Assembly: GCA_040954595.2 (NCBI GenBank)
Contig: JBECUI020000035.1
Location: forward strand, 122,442-186,441
DNA length: 64,000 bases
Source: Balanoglossus misakiensis
Taxonomy: Eukaryota; Animalia; Hemichordata
Reading direction: 5' to 3'
A program made the translations under genes and the position numbers. Below, one piece after another: positions 24,683 to 38,114 of this stretch. Under the pieces are notes generated by a model that worked only from the letters and a program-made list of their open reading frames with translations, was not told the DNA's origin and searched no databases. Each line of letters opens with the position of its first letter. Position 1 is the stretch's first letter.

Positions 24683-25351
24683 AATTCAAATACTTTATTG
24701 TCAACAATAGATGTGAAAATTGTCTTCAGGCTCTTCAATCAGTTATAAATTCAGGATATTACATTTTGATAACAATGTATACATACACACAAAAAAGAGA
24801 ACATGATGAAAACCACATCTGCAGCATTGGATAAAACTAAGAAAGGGTGAAACTGGAATTTAAAATAGATACAGCTGTTGGGAAAAATGTTTTTCGAAGC
24901 AATTATTTCCTGGTACGTGTATATCAAATTCTGTAGCATGTCCATGATTGGAGCTTTTGAAATAAATTTTGAAGAGGATGTTTCGGATCTGTTAAAATAT
25001 TATGTGCATGTCGTTTAACTGCCTTATTGTAGTTATATGCCAAAGATTTTGACAGCAGCCAATTACTTTCCCTGCAATATTCATAATATGAGAAAGCTTA
25101 CTTAAATCAAAATTTTACATAACATGTATTTACCATACCACAAATTAATATTGACCATCAGAATGCTTTCGATAAGGTAACGATAAAGTAGCGATACACC
25201 AACTGCAAATAATTTGTCTAACATGATGTGATTTAACTTTCAGAAAAAGATATAAACTCTGAGGGAGGACAGGGTTATTAAGACAGGTTGTTTACTTGCA
25301 TAAACGAGTTGTCTGTCTGTCTGTGTCATGCATGCACGCATGTGTATGTCT

Positions 25352-25485
25352 GTATGTATGTATGTATGTATGTATGTATGTATGTATGTATGTATGTATG
25401 TATGTATGTATGTATGTATGTATGTATGAATGGATGGATGGATGGATGGATGTATGGATGGATGTATTGATGTATGTATGTATGT
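25352..25485. repeat. (TATG)n/(GATG)n microsatellite
   Basis: Directly visible. Confidence 0.95.
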
Positions 25486-28436
25486 GTAGTCATTTTCTAT
25501 GTATATACCAAATCTATGTTAAATATATTAAGTATTTTAGAGCAATTGACATTCTTGCTTGGTATGATATTATTACAATTTTACAGTTTTATTGTTACAT
25601 CATGGGATATTCACTTTTGTGTGTACATGTGTTTGTATGATCATATGCTATGCAATATTGAGTACATGTATATAATTCACTTGCCTTTAATACTGTTTGG
25701 TATAGTGTATAGATTGGATTTTGTAAAAAAGATGCATCAAATACTGTATTTTGAACATCTTCTTATATTGGATGATTTTTTATTGTAGTAAAGATATTTG
25801 CATCTATTATGAGAGTAATAGAAATAATTTAAATTGTACTTTTTATTCAGAAATAAGTTTCTTGATGGTTGGTATTCCATGTAAATAACCAATTTTGAGT
25901 CAAGATTTTTTAACATTAATCTGTGGGATATTTTACAATTATTAATACATTTTTTGTCAGCATCATTGCTTTTATTAGTGAATGGATTGAAATATTTGGC
26001 ATTTTAAAGTTTATCGTCACACGAGATCTGTTTAATATTTTATTACAGTCATTGCTTTTTTGTCAAGACGCGTGAATTAGAACATTAATTCTAATGTTGA
26101 CATTCGAAATTGTAAATTTTATCCAATGAAGAATGAAAGATTGTATTACAATACAATATGGTACATGGAGAAACTGGCATTTGTGATTAATTCCTATTAA
26201 TGGTATTTCATGTCAAAATAAATATTTTGTACAGACGTTGAGGTGACAGGAATACAGCAATGTATTAGTTTGTTGAGCTGTTGGCAGAGAAGCTTTATAG
26301 CATGCCAGTGTTGATAGCACATCTCCACAGATGCGTGCCTCGAGAGCACATGTAAGATGTGTATACAGCATGGAAACCAGTGAATTTTAACAATGTGTTG
26401 TACACTACACTTGGTATGTTTATTTTGTCTGTGACAAGATAGCTTCATCTTCTAAGTATTATTGTCTATAAAAGAAACTGAAGTCTGAAATCAGTTACTG
26501 CACTAACTTGATTGGTGCAATGTATAGCATCAACAGTTGCATAGGACTAAAACAATACACAAATATTATATGCAATTAGCAGTACCTGATGTTATAACAT
26601 CAAACAGAAAATGAAGCTTGGAGACAAATGTTACCATATATTGTGTATTTGTTGTTGTTGTTTACTTTAAGGACTGTAGATGTGATTTTGGTATATTGAC
26701 AAAATTAACTAGAACACTCTCAGAAGATAGTGGGTCTGAGACCTTAACTCACTTTCATAGGGCATTCATTAAATGTAAGACATAAATATAAGAGTTAAAT
26801 GTAAGACATGTACATAGTGAGAATTGTGTGCTCTTGAGTAAGCTCCACCTTTACCCAAAAATGTTATTTGGAATTACATACTGTTAATGATCAATAGTCT
26901 GTTGCATGACAGATTTAATAGAATGATAATGTTTTGATCTCCATGAGAGGTGTTTTCATAACCAATGGAGTTAATAACATGTATAGCAAACTATAACTGT
27001 GTTCATGCCACCATCACCTATGGATTAATCGATTGGTGTTATTGAACCTTGCGGTAGCCAACAAACAACATTGTATTGTAAAGATTTTTAGTGCCTGTGC
27101 CCAGCTTAGTTTAAAACAGTGACAAATCTAAAGACCTCTCACCTCATGTATAGATGTATGCTTACAAGGGATAAAGTCTCTTTTAGAAGTATTTTGAGGA
27201 GTTTTGTTTAATATTCAAAACTGGACCTGTTGTTTGACTTCTTGAAACACGATGAACTGTACTCGTGAACTGTACTTGATCTGCACTATGCTTGTATATC
27301 AACATACAAGATTGAACATTCAGATAGTGTATGATATCCACCCAGTTTTTCACTGTTAGCTAAACTTTAATCAATGTATTTGAATATATAGCCATTGTCG
27401 CAAACTGTTTAGACCATGTGGAGCTTGGCATAAGATCTTAGAGTGTGGTACTCTTTCATGTATAGCTGGCATGTACACTGCCATGGCAATGTTATTTGTG
27501 AAAAGGAAACAGACTTTGGTGCAAGTAGTTCATTTCATCTATATATCACACACAAAATCACAATTTTACTTACAGTAAAGAGGTATTTTCTGACCCCTTT
27601 TTAAGTTATGCACTGACATTTTATTGCACAGTGAGTGACTTTATGCAAGTATTCTCTGTTTTCTTGAATGATATCACAACAAAGGCAAACAAAAGGGCCT
27701 TTGTCCCTTTAACAAATGATCTGCAATTAACGCTTGTAAACAATCAAGTTGTGAGATTATGTTTAATGTCTATTTCTGTCAAAGCTATGTACCAATTTTC
27801 TAAAATTGTGCATAACAAGAAATGTCTTAAAGGATACATATTAACAATATCCAAAGTCATAATTTTGAATGCTGAACTGTATTTAAAAATTCTATTAGAC
27901 TTTTGTGAAGGTCAGATTTTCACACTTCATGTTACAGTTTTGCAAACATAGTGTTGTATGCTAGATATGTCCTCATAATATATGTTTTAAGTATTTGGTG
28001 TGTTAAATATGCACTGTATGGAATACTGAATGTTCAGACAATTTAGAAAGATGCTTAGCTTAATTACACTAATTCTCTTTTTGAGAAATTAAATGGTGCC
28101 TGTACGACATGTTTAGTTATTATTATACTTGGCCATTGTCGGTAAATTAAGGCCAGCTGCATATGTTTCAATACAAACATACAACTGGGTGGCAGGTTAA
28201 TTATAAATTGCAAAGTGTATTTCATCATATAATGGCTTAAAACTGTGGACAATTCTATTCTGTGTTTTTAATTTCTTGCAATAACAAAAATAAACCTCAA
28301 CTGATGTCAACATTTTGTTTTATGTGCTTCAGATACACCTGTAAGTTGAATCATTGTTTTTTTAACAGAAGCATTTTTCTGTAGTCATCTCTTTATTTAA
28401 GGTCTACATTATAGGTCGCTGACCACTTAAAACAAA

Positions 28437-29220
28437 ATTTCCACATCTGATTTTCTTATCTCTCTATACTCAGTACAATATATCTGGTTTGGTAGATTTT
28501 CCGGATACCAAGATAAAGAAAACTTGAAGGTCACACAAACATTTCTCAAATAATTTTGTCACATACGAGTAAAAATCCAAAACACAAAACAGCTAAGCCC
28601 TCTTATTTTTAAGCATACTATTTGTTATATGCATTAATAAGGAGTTGTATAAGAACCCATTAAATGTTTCAACATACCAAGATAACGAAAAGTAATAGGT
28701 CGCACCAAGGTTACCCCAAAAATTGTCACATATTCAGTCACATACTGGTCCCTTTCCTTCTGCCCCTATTGGTCACCATAAAATTTAATGTGGTAAGGTG
28801 TCCGACAACATGAGGTGTTTCATCCATGAATTTCCACATCTGATTTTCTTATCTCTCTATACTCAGTACAATATATCTGGTTTGGTAGATTTTCCGGATA
28901 CCAAGATAAAGAAAACTTGAAGGTCACACAAACATTTCTCAAATAATTTTGTCACATACGAGTAAAAATCCAAAACACAAAACAGCTAAGCCCTCTTATT
29001 TTTAAGCATACTATTTGTTATATGCATTAATAAGGAGTTGTATAAGAACCCATTAAATGTTTCAACATACCAAGATAACGAAAAGTAATAGGTCGCACCA
29101 AGGTTACCCCAAAAATTGTCACATATTCAGTCACATACTGGTCCCTTTCCTTCTGCCCCTATTGGTCACCATAAAATTTAATGTGGTAAGGTGTCCGACA
29201 ACATGAGGTGTTTCATCCAT
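28437..29220. repeat. Near-perfect tandem duplication of 392 bp
   Basis: atttccacatctgattttcttatc occurs at 28437 and ~28830, followed by matching sequence. Confidence 0.93.
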
Positions 29221-31181
29221 GCAAATGCTAAGACCGTTTCTGCCCTGGATGTCGACATTTTGAAAAGTAGGTCAAAGGTCAACACAGAATTGGGCCAAAA
29301 AGTTTTGATACTATTCTGGTCCATGTCCAAATAAAACCAACCTTCCAGCTGTGAAAACCAACCTTCCAGCTGTGATGGTTAGCCTGGAATTAGGTATGCA
29401 TGTAATTAATGAGTTAAGAAAGTGTCACAGATTACCCCAAAATTTGGCTGTTCAGTATGGTCCCATCCCTGAAAAAGCCAAGGTTGTATCTGCTGTGGAT
29501 ACCAAGATATGGTAAAGTAGGTCAAAGGTCACATGAGGTCATCCAAAATTTGGGCCAAAAATGTTGACCCCATACTGGTCCATGTCCAACAAAAACCAAA
29601 CCTCTAGCTCTATTGGTGCGCCTGTAATTAGCTATGCACATAATCCAATATGGCCGCCATAATCTTCGACCAATCACAATGCTCTTCTCAAACTTGATAG
29701 ACATCAGTTTGGAGACGATACTACCCAAATCTTGCGACTCAGTTATTGCACATAATTAATGAGTAGAAACATAATGCTGTGTTTTATCCCATGAAATATC
29801 AAGGTTATATCTATGTTTGGTGTTGATATAGTGTTAAGTAGGTCAAAGGTCACCCAGAGGTCACCCACAATTTGGGCAGAAAATTTTGACTCATAGTGGT
29901 CCATGTCCAACAAAAACCAGACCTCTAGCCCTTTTGGTTAGCCCGGAATTAGGTATGCACATAAATAATGAGTTAAGCAGGTGTCACAGGTGACCCACAA
30001 CTTTGGCTTTTAATTATGGCCCCATACCTCCCAACGCCAAGGCTGTATATGCTGTGGATGTCGACATATGCAAAAGTAGGTCAAAGGTCACCCGAGGTCA
30101 CCCAACATTTGTGCAAAATATTTTGACCCTATACTGGTCCATGTATAACAAAAACCAAACCTCTAGGTCTATTTGTTCATCATTAATTAGGTATGTACAT
30201 ATTTAATGAGGTCAGCAGAGGTCAAAGGGGTCATGAAAAGTAGCAAAATTTTTTGATCACATACAAATCCACATACATCAAAAACCAAACTTATAGCCCT
30301 ATTGGTTAGCCTGGAATTAGATATGCAGAAAAATGAAGCGTCAAAAGTAGGTCAAAGGTCATTGCCAAAATTACCAAAATATTTATAGCTAATTCTTGTC
30401 ATATGATGATTCATATCCATAAAAAGAATTTCTGTGCTATCAATGTTTAGGCTAGAAAGGGAATTTTTACTTTTTAATCGATTTTCACAAAATTCAATAT
30501 GGCCGCCATAATCTTCGACCAATCACATTCCCCTTCGCAAACTTGATAGACATCTGTTTAATGACCACACACACCAAATCTTGTGACTCGGTTATCGCCC
30601 GTTCTGGAGAAGAAGATTTTTGAAGTTTTACTATGGTTTTTCGAAAATCCAATATGGCCGCCATAATCTTCGACCAATCACAATGATCTTCGCAAACTTG
30701 ATAGACATCAGTTAGGTGACCACATACCTCAAATGGCGTGACTCGGTTATCGCCGGTTCTGGAGAAGAAGATTTTTGAAAATTTGACCAGATTTCAGAAA
30801 AACAACTGTAGCAAAAAAACTGCAACATTGACAGCATAATATCCAATTACAAAAATGATGGGCATAAGGTATACTAGCTGCACACCAAATTTGAAGTCAA
30901 TCTGACTTGTAGTTTCTGAGATCTGAGATTTGCATTTTTTCAGAAAATCCAATATGGCCGCCAGGTCACGTGACTAATTAAATATTCACGAGCCACTGCA
31001 CATCTACTCATTGGCCCCTATCTGCCTACCAAGTTTCAGCCTGGTTGGTGCTGCAGTTTTTGAGATTTAGGTGGCCGAAAAATGGAACCAAGAATAAAGA
31101 AGGAAAGAAAGAAAGAAAGAAAGACTGAAAAACCCCAACGAAACCAATAGGGCCCAAGCGCTGGTATGCGCTTGGGCCCTA

Positions 31182-33756
31182 AAAATTCCAACGAAACCAA
31201 TACGGGCCCAAGCCTGGCTTGGCTTGGGCCCGTAATTAAAGCTGCGAGCAGCATTGTCGGGCCCAAGCGCTGATCTTGAATTATATATGCACAGTATGAA
31301 TGAGAAGAAACAGAATTTTCTATCGGATGTATTATCTCATGACATAACAAGGATGTGTGTATTTTTGCCGCTGAAATAGGGTGAAGTAAGTCAAAGGTCA
31401 CCTGAAGTCACCCGACATTTGGGCAATTTTTTTGACCCATACTGGTCCATGTCCAACAAAAACCAAAACTCTAGCTCTATTGGTTCGCCTGTAATTAGGT
31501 ATGTGCATATTTAATGAGGTCAGCAGGTGTCACAGGTGACCCAAAAATGTGGCCTTACATTTTGGTCCCATCCTACCAAATGCTATGGCTGTATCTGCTC
31601 TGGATGCTGAGATATGCGAAAGTAGGTCAAAGGTCACCAGAGGTCACCCAACATTTGGGCAAAAAATTTTGATCCCATACTGGTCCATGTCCAACAAAAA
31701 CCAAACCCCTAGCTCTATTGGTTCGCCTGTAATTAGCTATGCACATAATTAATGAGGTCAGCAGAGGTCAAAGGGGTCATGAAAAGTAGCAAAATATTTT
31801 GATCACACACTAATCCACATTCATCAAAAACCAAACGTCTAGCCCTATAGGTTAGCCTGGAATTAGATATGCAGAAATAATAACGCATGATAAGTAGGTC
31901 AAAGGTCATGTGAAAAATCGCCAAAAAATTGTAACATATTTTAGTCACATGACGATTGATATCCATAAAAAGAATTTGTATGCTATCAATTTTTGGACTA
32001 GAAAAAGGAATTTCAATTTTTCACTGCTTTTTACAAAATCCAATATGGCCGCCATAATCTTCGACCAATCACAATGCTCTTTGTAAACTTGATAGACATC
32101 AGTGTAGTGACCATACTCCCCGAATCTTGCGATTTAGTCATCGTCCGTTCTTGAGAAGAAGATTTTTGGAGTTTAACTATGGTTTTTCGAAAATCCAATA
32201 TGGCCGCCATAATCTTCGACCAATCACAATGATCTTCGCAAACTTGATAGACATCAGTTAGGTGACCACATACCCCAAACCCCGTGACTCGGTTATCACT
32301 GGTTCTGGAGAAGAAGATTTTTGAAATTTAAGCCAGATTTCAGGAAAAAAGTTGTAGCAAAAAAACTGCAACTTTTACAGCATAATTTCCGATTACAAAA
32401 ATAATGGGCAGAAGGTAGTCTACCTGCATGCCAAATTTGAAGTTGATCTGACTTGTAGTTTCTGAGATCTGAGATTTGCATTTTTTCAGAAAATCCAATA
32501 TGGCCGCCAGGTCACGTGACTAATTAAGTATTCACAAGTCACTGCACATCTACTCAATGACCTTGACCACTGTAGCAAGTTTGAGCAGTGTACCTGCAGT
32601 AGTTTCAGAGATCTCGTTGGCCGAAGAATTGACAGGAGAATAAAGAAAGAAAGAAAGAAAGAAAGAATTAAAGCTGCAAGCAGCATTGTCCGGGCCCAAG
32701 CTCTATTATCTGATATGATGCTAATATAGTGTTAAGTAGGTCAAAGGTCACCCGAGGTCACCCAACATTTGGGCAAAATATTTTGACCCCATACTGGTCC
32801 ATGTATAACAAAAACAAAACCTCTAGGTCTATTGGTTCATCATTAATTAGGTATATGCATATTTAATGAGGTCAGCAGAGGTCAAAGGGGTCATGAAAAG
32901 TAGCAAAATTTTTTGATCACATACAAATCCACATACATCAAAAACCAAACTTATAGCCCTATTGGTTAGCCTGGAATTAGATATGCAGAAAAATGATGCG
33001 TCAAAAGTAGGTCAAAGGTCATTGCCAAAATTACCAAAATATTTATAGCTTATTCTTGTCATATGATGATTCATATCCATAAAAAGAATATCTGTGCTAT
33101 CAATTATTAGGCTAGAAAGGGAATTTTTACTTTTTAATCATTTTTCACAAAATCCAATATGGCCGCCATAATCTTCGACCAATCACATTCATCTTCGCAA
33201 ACTTGATAGACATCTGTTTAATGACCACACACACCAAATCTTGTGACTCGGTTATCGCCGGTTCTTGAGTAGAAGATTTTTCAAATTTTACTAGGGTTTT
33301 TCGAAAATCCAATATGGCCGCCATAATCTTGGACCAATCACTATGACCTTCGCAAACTTGATAGACATCAGTTAGGTGACCACATACCCCAAACCCCGTG
33401 TCTCGGTTATCACCGGTTCTGGAGAAGAAGATTTTTGAAATTTAGGCCAGATTTCAGAAAAAAAATTGTAGCAAAAAAACGGCAACTTTGTCAGCATAAT
33501 TTCCAATTACAAAAATGATGGGCAGAAGGTAGTCTACCAGCATGCCAAATTTGAAGTCGATCTGACTTGTAGTTTCTGAGATCTGAGATTTGCATTTTTT
33601 CAGAAAATCCAAGATGGCCGCCATGTCACGTGACTAATTAAGTATTCACAAGTCACTGCACATCTACTCATTGACCTTGACCACTGTAGCAAGTTTGAGA
33701 ACTGTACCTGCAGCGGTGTTTGAGATCTAGAGCGATAAAGAATGGAACCAAGAATA

Positions 33757-33792
<36 letters not shown>

Positions 33793-34725
33793 CAGAAAAA
33801 CCCCAGCGAAACCAATACGGGCCCAAGCCTGGCTTGGCTTGGGCCCGTAAAAATTCCAACGAAACCAATAGGGCCCAAGCGCTTGCTTGCGCTTGGGCCC
33901 TAAAAACCCCAACGAAACCAATAGGGCCCAAGCGCTGGTATGCGCTTGGGCCCTAAAAAACCCCAACGAAACCAATAGGGCCCAAGCGCTTGCTTGCGCT
34001 TGGGCCCTAATTAAAGCTGCGAGCAGCATTGTTGGGCCCAAGCGCTGATCTTGAATTATATATGCACAGTATGAATGAGAAGAAACAGAATTTTCTATCG
34101 GATGTATTATCTCATGACATAACAAGGATGTGTGTATTTTTGCTGCTGAAATAGGGTGAAGTAGGTCAAAGGTCACCTGAGGTCACCCAACATTTGGGCA
34201 ATTTTTTTTTACCCATACTGGTCCATGTCCAACAAAAACCAAAACTCTAGCTCTATTGGTTCGCCTGTAATTAGGTATGTGCATAATTAATGAGGTCAGC
34301 AGAGGTCAAAGGGGTCATGAAAAGTAGCAAAATATTTTGATCACACACTAATCCACATTCATCAAAAACCAAACCTCTAGCCCTATAGGTTAGCCTGGAA
34401 TTAGATATGCAGAAATAATAATGTGTGATAATTAGGTCAAAGGTCATGTGAAAAATCGCCAAAAAATTGTTATATATTTTAGTCACATGACGATTGATAT
34501 CCATAAAAGAATTTGTATGCTATCAATTTTTGGACTAGAAAAAGGAATTTCAATTTTTCTCTGTTTTTTACAAAATCCAATATGGCCGCCATAATCTTCG
34601 ACCAATCACAATGCTCTTTGCAAACTTGATAGACATCAGTGTAGTGACCATACTCCCCGAATCTTGCGACTCAGTCATCGCTCGTTCTGGAGAAGAAGAT
34701 TTTTGGAGTTTAACTATGGTTTTAC
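31182..34725 (-). mobile_element. HINE-like subfamily B units starting at 31236, 32668 and 34011 (the last breaks off at ~34725), plus stacked hairpin caps
   Basis: Same termini and internal subrepeats as 4175-10193; caps at 31201-31234, 33816-33849, 33869-33902, 33922-33955 and 33976-34009. Confidence 0.85.
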
Positions 34726-34734
34726 AAAAAAACA

Positions 34735-36750
34735 ATAAACCTGCTGTACCTCCGCATGTCTCCACAAGAGCTAGGAGCTCAAAATCGGTCGGACGCAGAC
34801 CAGCGGTCTGTCAGGTGTAGTAACCGTAACACCAATAAAGGTAGGTTTTCATTGATTCTAATAGGTCTCCGTTCATCAACATTTCAAATATTCTCCATAA
34901 TCCAGTAGTTGCCACTGTACTTGAATGAAATATTTCCTTTCAAACTTCCAAATGGTAACCGAATCTCAAATCGCAAATCTTTCCATTTTAATAACGAAGT
35001 CGGATGCCGAAATTACCAACTCACTTTTTCTATCGGACTCCATCATTCTAATACTTTACTTCAATGTTCAAAAATTGTGTAAAACAATATCCACTCTCAA
35101 TCTATATTTCAGGTTTAACGGCGTAATGGCATCCCCGGCCTTTGCTCTATCATAGAGGCAAATGGTATTATCTCTTCCAGTGGAAAAGTTGCGGAGCTGT
35201 ACGTATTCTCCCTTCTATAATCTGTTCAGCCACTTCGGATTTTCTTTCCAGAATTTAAGTTCCAGAACGTTGCCATCGTGCTGCATACAAGGCACGCTAA
35301 ACAGTTTCCCGTTGGCGGAATTCCGGATCTCGACATCCTCCATGACGCGCAATTTCACAGCCATGCCTTGGCTGGTTGCAGATGATGGAGCTAAGGTACG
35401 TAACAATCGCACCCCGAAACGCCTGGGCCCTTTTTTGTGTGTAGTCATTGTGGGTATGTTAACCTCCCATGTCCTTCATTTTTAGAAATTTAGTATACAA
35501 AACTGGATGACCGATTATGTTTTAGAGACCTTTCCCGAATCCACCTGAAGCCCAGTCGGAATGTCTTAGGATGTAACCTAAATTCAATATGGCTGCCTCC
35601 ATGCGTTCACTTGCATTTGAAAATACGTTGATTTTATCGTCGATTAGCGGTGTTTATTCTCAGTATCAATTTAAACGCGGCACTCGCTCACAAGTCATAT
35701 TCTAGAAAGAAAGAAAAAATGATAGTTTTGAGTACAGATTACATGTATTTTAAAACGAGGTTTGGTAACAATGGTATCACTACTAAATGACTTACAATCG
35801 ATGTTTTTAATTGTCTTTGCACCACAGTATGAATCCGGTGATGGTAAATCGCATTCAACTTAGAAGGCATGGAGAAAGCGCAACTGATGGTAACTGGGAT
35901 GCCAAACTGAAACTTTTGGGAGAGAAAACCTTGCCATGTACGGACGTGGGTGTCACAGTTAAACTTGGGTTAAATACTACAGCGACAACCGAAGTCCCGT
36001 TGAGATATGATATGTGGTAGTGCATGTCCACATGAGTGCCGTGTACTAGCCTCTCTCTCTGTAAATCCATCCAGGCTACTGCTTTCTGTACATTGGAGAG
36101 AAATGAGAACAAGATGGTTAAATCATATTTTGTATAAGTTGGTGTTGACGAAAATAAGATGCATGTGAATTTTAGGACTGAAATGTTTCTGTAATGAATA
36201 CTAAATTAAAAGTTCACAACTTGCATGCAGATAGTAAGTGCTGGGGAAGTTGCAGGGTGGAGATTGCTTTGGTTTAGTTAACTTACTCAATCTTTGTGAC
36301 TGTTGCATTTCTTGATTGATAGAGTAGTGTACATGCATTGGCAGGTTTTCTAATATGGCCTCCTCTGTACCCAAGGTCTGGCATAAGGTGGGACACTGTA
36401 AGTATTTGCCGTCTGACACAGAAGATGCCACTTCTAGAAAAAAATAAAAAGGACAGAATGTGATTGGTAAGACACAGAGACGTGAACATGTACACAAAAT
36501 GATAGGAAATTGGTGGAAGCAAGTACTGCAGTTAATACTTACTCATCTATGTCTATTCCCTCAAATATCCCTTCTACCATATCATCACCATTTGGTTCTT
36601 TTAACACCTTAGGGAAAAATTGAGAGTTACATTAGAAGCACCGACAATAGGAGGGGGGGTAAGGTTTGCAGAGAACAGGTTTTTTTATGAACATTTGTGA
36701 AAATCAGAAATTAGTGACATGTAGGATTTCAATTTTATGATGTAACATTG
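34735..36750 (+). pseudogene. Rearranged pseudogene copy of the OB-fold gene (first coding exon inverted at 35140-35391; exon 2 degenerate at ~35828-36005; exons 3-4 inverted within 36011-36750)
   Basis: 34735-35139 is a direct match to 55605-56005; the minus ORF 35215-35448 carries the exon-1 peptide; TDGNWDAKLKLLGEKT...TVKLGLNTTATTEV is paralogous to 56679-56885; candidate minus exons at 36543-36607 (VLKEPNGDDMVEGIFEGIDID) and ~36283-36433. Confidence 0.7.
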
Positions 36751-37790
36751 TTTTCTTTTCAACATCAGTTCTCTGAGTAAAAAGATGGCCATGTAAATTT
36801 TCTCTAAGTTTGTTAGAGAAATAAAGTACATGTACAACTTTAGTGTTTCACTAATTGAGTTTCAGTGTTCTTGTATTGTCTCCTTTGCCCCATGTCAACC
36901 TCAAAGTAAATATCAAATTTGCCATTTTTGACTTATTTGTCCTTGTAGTGGGCCACATAGCATTTTAGTGCAACTTATGAAAATCTGAAGAACCAAATGC
37001 CTAATTTACCCACTCTGCACAGATTTATGTCAATGGTACTGACTTGATGATCGGTATAGCGCCCTCTGTGGTAGGGGGTGGGGGGTTAACCTTGCCTTTA
37101 TATGTTTATCCCTGTCCGGTTCCATTCCAATTGTATCTATGGTAACCTCATTATCAGCAGTAAATGCCACAATTGTAAAACAGCAATAATTTTAGTATCA
37201 AGCACTCTGTGGAATTAAATATACCCTGTGTATTCTTTGTTTCCCATTAGTAATCATGCAACTTTGCCATTTTGGGCCTTCTGATTTGCTGTATGTGCTC
37301 ACTAGTCCTTCCCAACGTCTCTGAATTAGAAGGCCATTGTCATTTGTATAGTGTAGACACATTTCATTTTAGTACAACTGATGAAAGTCTCGTGAAAAAC
37401 CAAATGCTTAATTTACCCACTGTGCAAAGATTATCTGAATGATATTGTGTTGATCGTCATATAGTATAGCGCCCTCTGCGATAGTATTTGGATGATTGTG
37501 CCAGGGAGAAGGGGGTACTGAGGGAGCAGATGCAGATGACAGCAAGGCATATCCACTGAACAATGAGACGGTACGTGTTGTCAGCATTCAGGGAGAGTAA
37601 AAAGGGGAGCGCAAGAGACCAGGATGAAGAGACGAGCAGTATTGCATCATCTGTGGAAATAAATGCCAAGAGAAGGTAAATGTGGAAGACAAGCACTTAG
37701 GGGTTATAAACAAATGTTTTTTTGTGGACAGTTTTAGTATCAAGCATTGTGGAATTAAATATACACAGTGTGTGTTGTGTGTTAGATAGG

Positions 37791-37794
37791 TACA

Positions 37795-37828
<34 letters not shown>

Positions 37829-38006
37829 CATACATACATACATACATACATACATACATACATACATACATGCATGCATGCATGCATGCATGCATGCATG
37901 CATGCATGCATACATACATACATACATACATACATACATACATACATACATACATACATACATACATACATACATACATACATACATACATACATACATA
38001 CATACA
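37791..38006. repeat. (CATA)n microsatellite with a (CATG)n core
   Basis: Directly visible; an inverted copy lies at 39849-40076. Confidence 0.95.
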
Positions 38007-38040
38007 TGGAAAACACACAGCAAATGGACTCCTTTTTTAT

Positions 38041-38114
38041 CATCCTCACCAGGATTCGAACCAGGATCCCTTATCACAAAGTGACAAATGCGTTAACCAT
38101 TACACCATGAGGAT
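38041..38114 (-). ncRNA. tRNA-like cloverleaf (tRNA pseudogene or SINE head), copy 1
   Basis: Minus strand reads ATCCTCA TG GTGT AATGGTTA ACGC A TTTGTCAC TTT GTGATAAG GGAT CCTGG TTCGAAT CCTGG TGAGGAT G, with A and B boxes and a 7-bp acceptor stem. Confidence 0.65.

Larger units (their letters stand above)
22240..25214 (+). repeat. Tandem duplication of ~1 kb (last ~110 nt of the ORF plus 3' region); the second copy has an extra hairpin unit and a LINE insertion
   Basis: 22240-22715 matches 23260-23998; 22716-23245 is nearly identical to 24683-25214 (the same 64-aa minus ORF appears twice). Confidence 0.9.
10194..31181. mobile_element. Putative full-length autonomous Helentron (Helitron2/HLE2), ~21 kb
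   Basis: Stem-loop/subTIR terminus at 10194, HINE-like sequence to ~11430, a unique interior containing the RepHel-EN ORF, HINE-like sequence again from ~29220, and a hairpin cap at 31148-31181. No other terminus was seen in between. Confidence 0.75.

Noticed and set aside
33797-34009. CRISPR-like array of palindromic repeats with a ~53-bp period
   Set aside because: The spacers are near-identical, there are no cas genes and the context is eukaryotic; these are stacked Helentron terminal hairpins.
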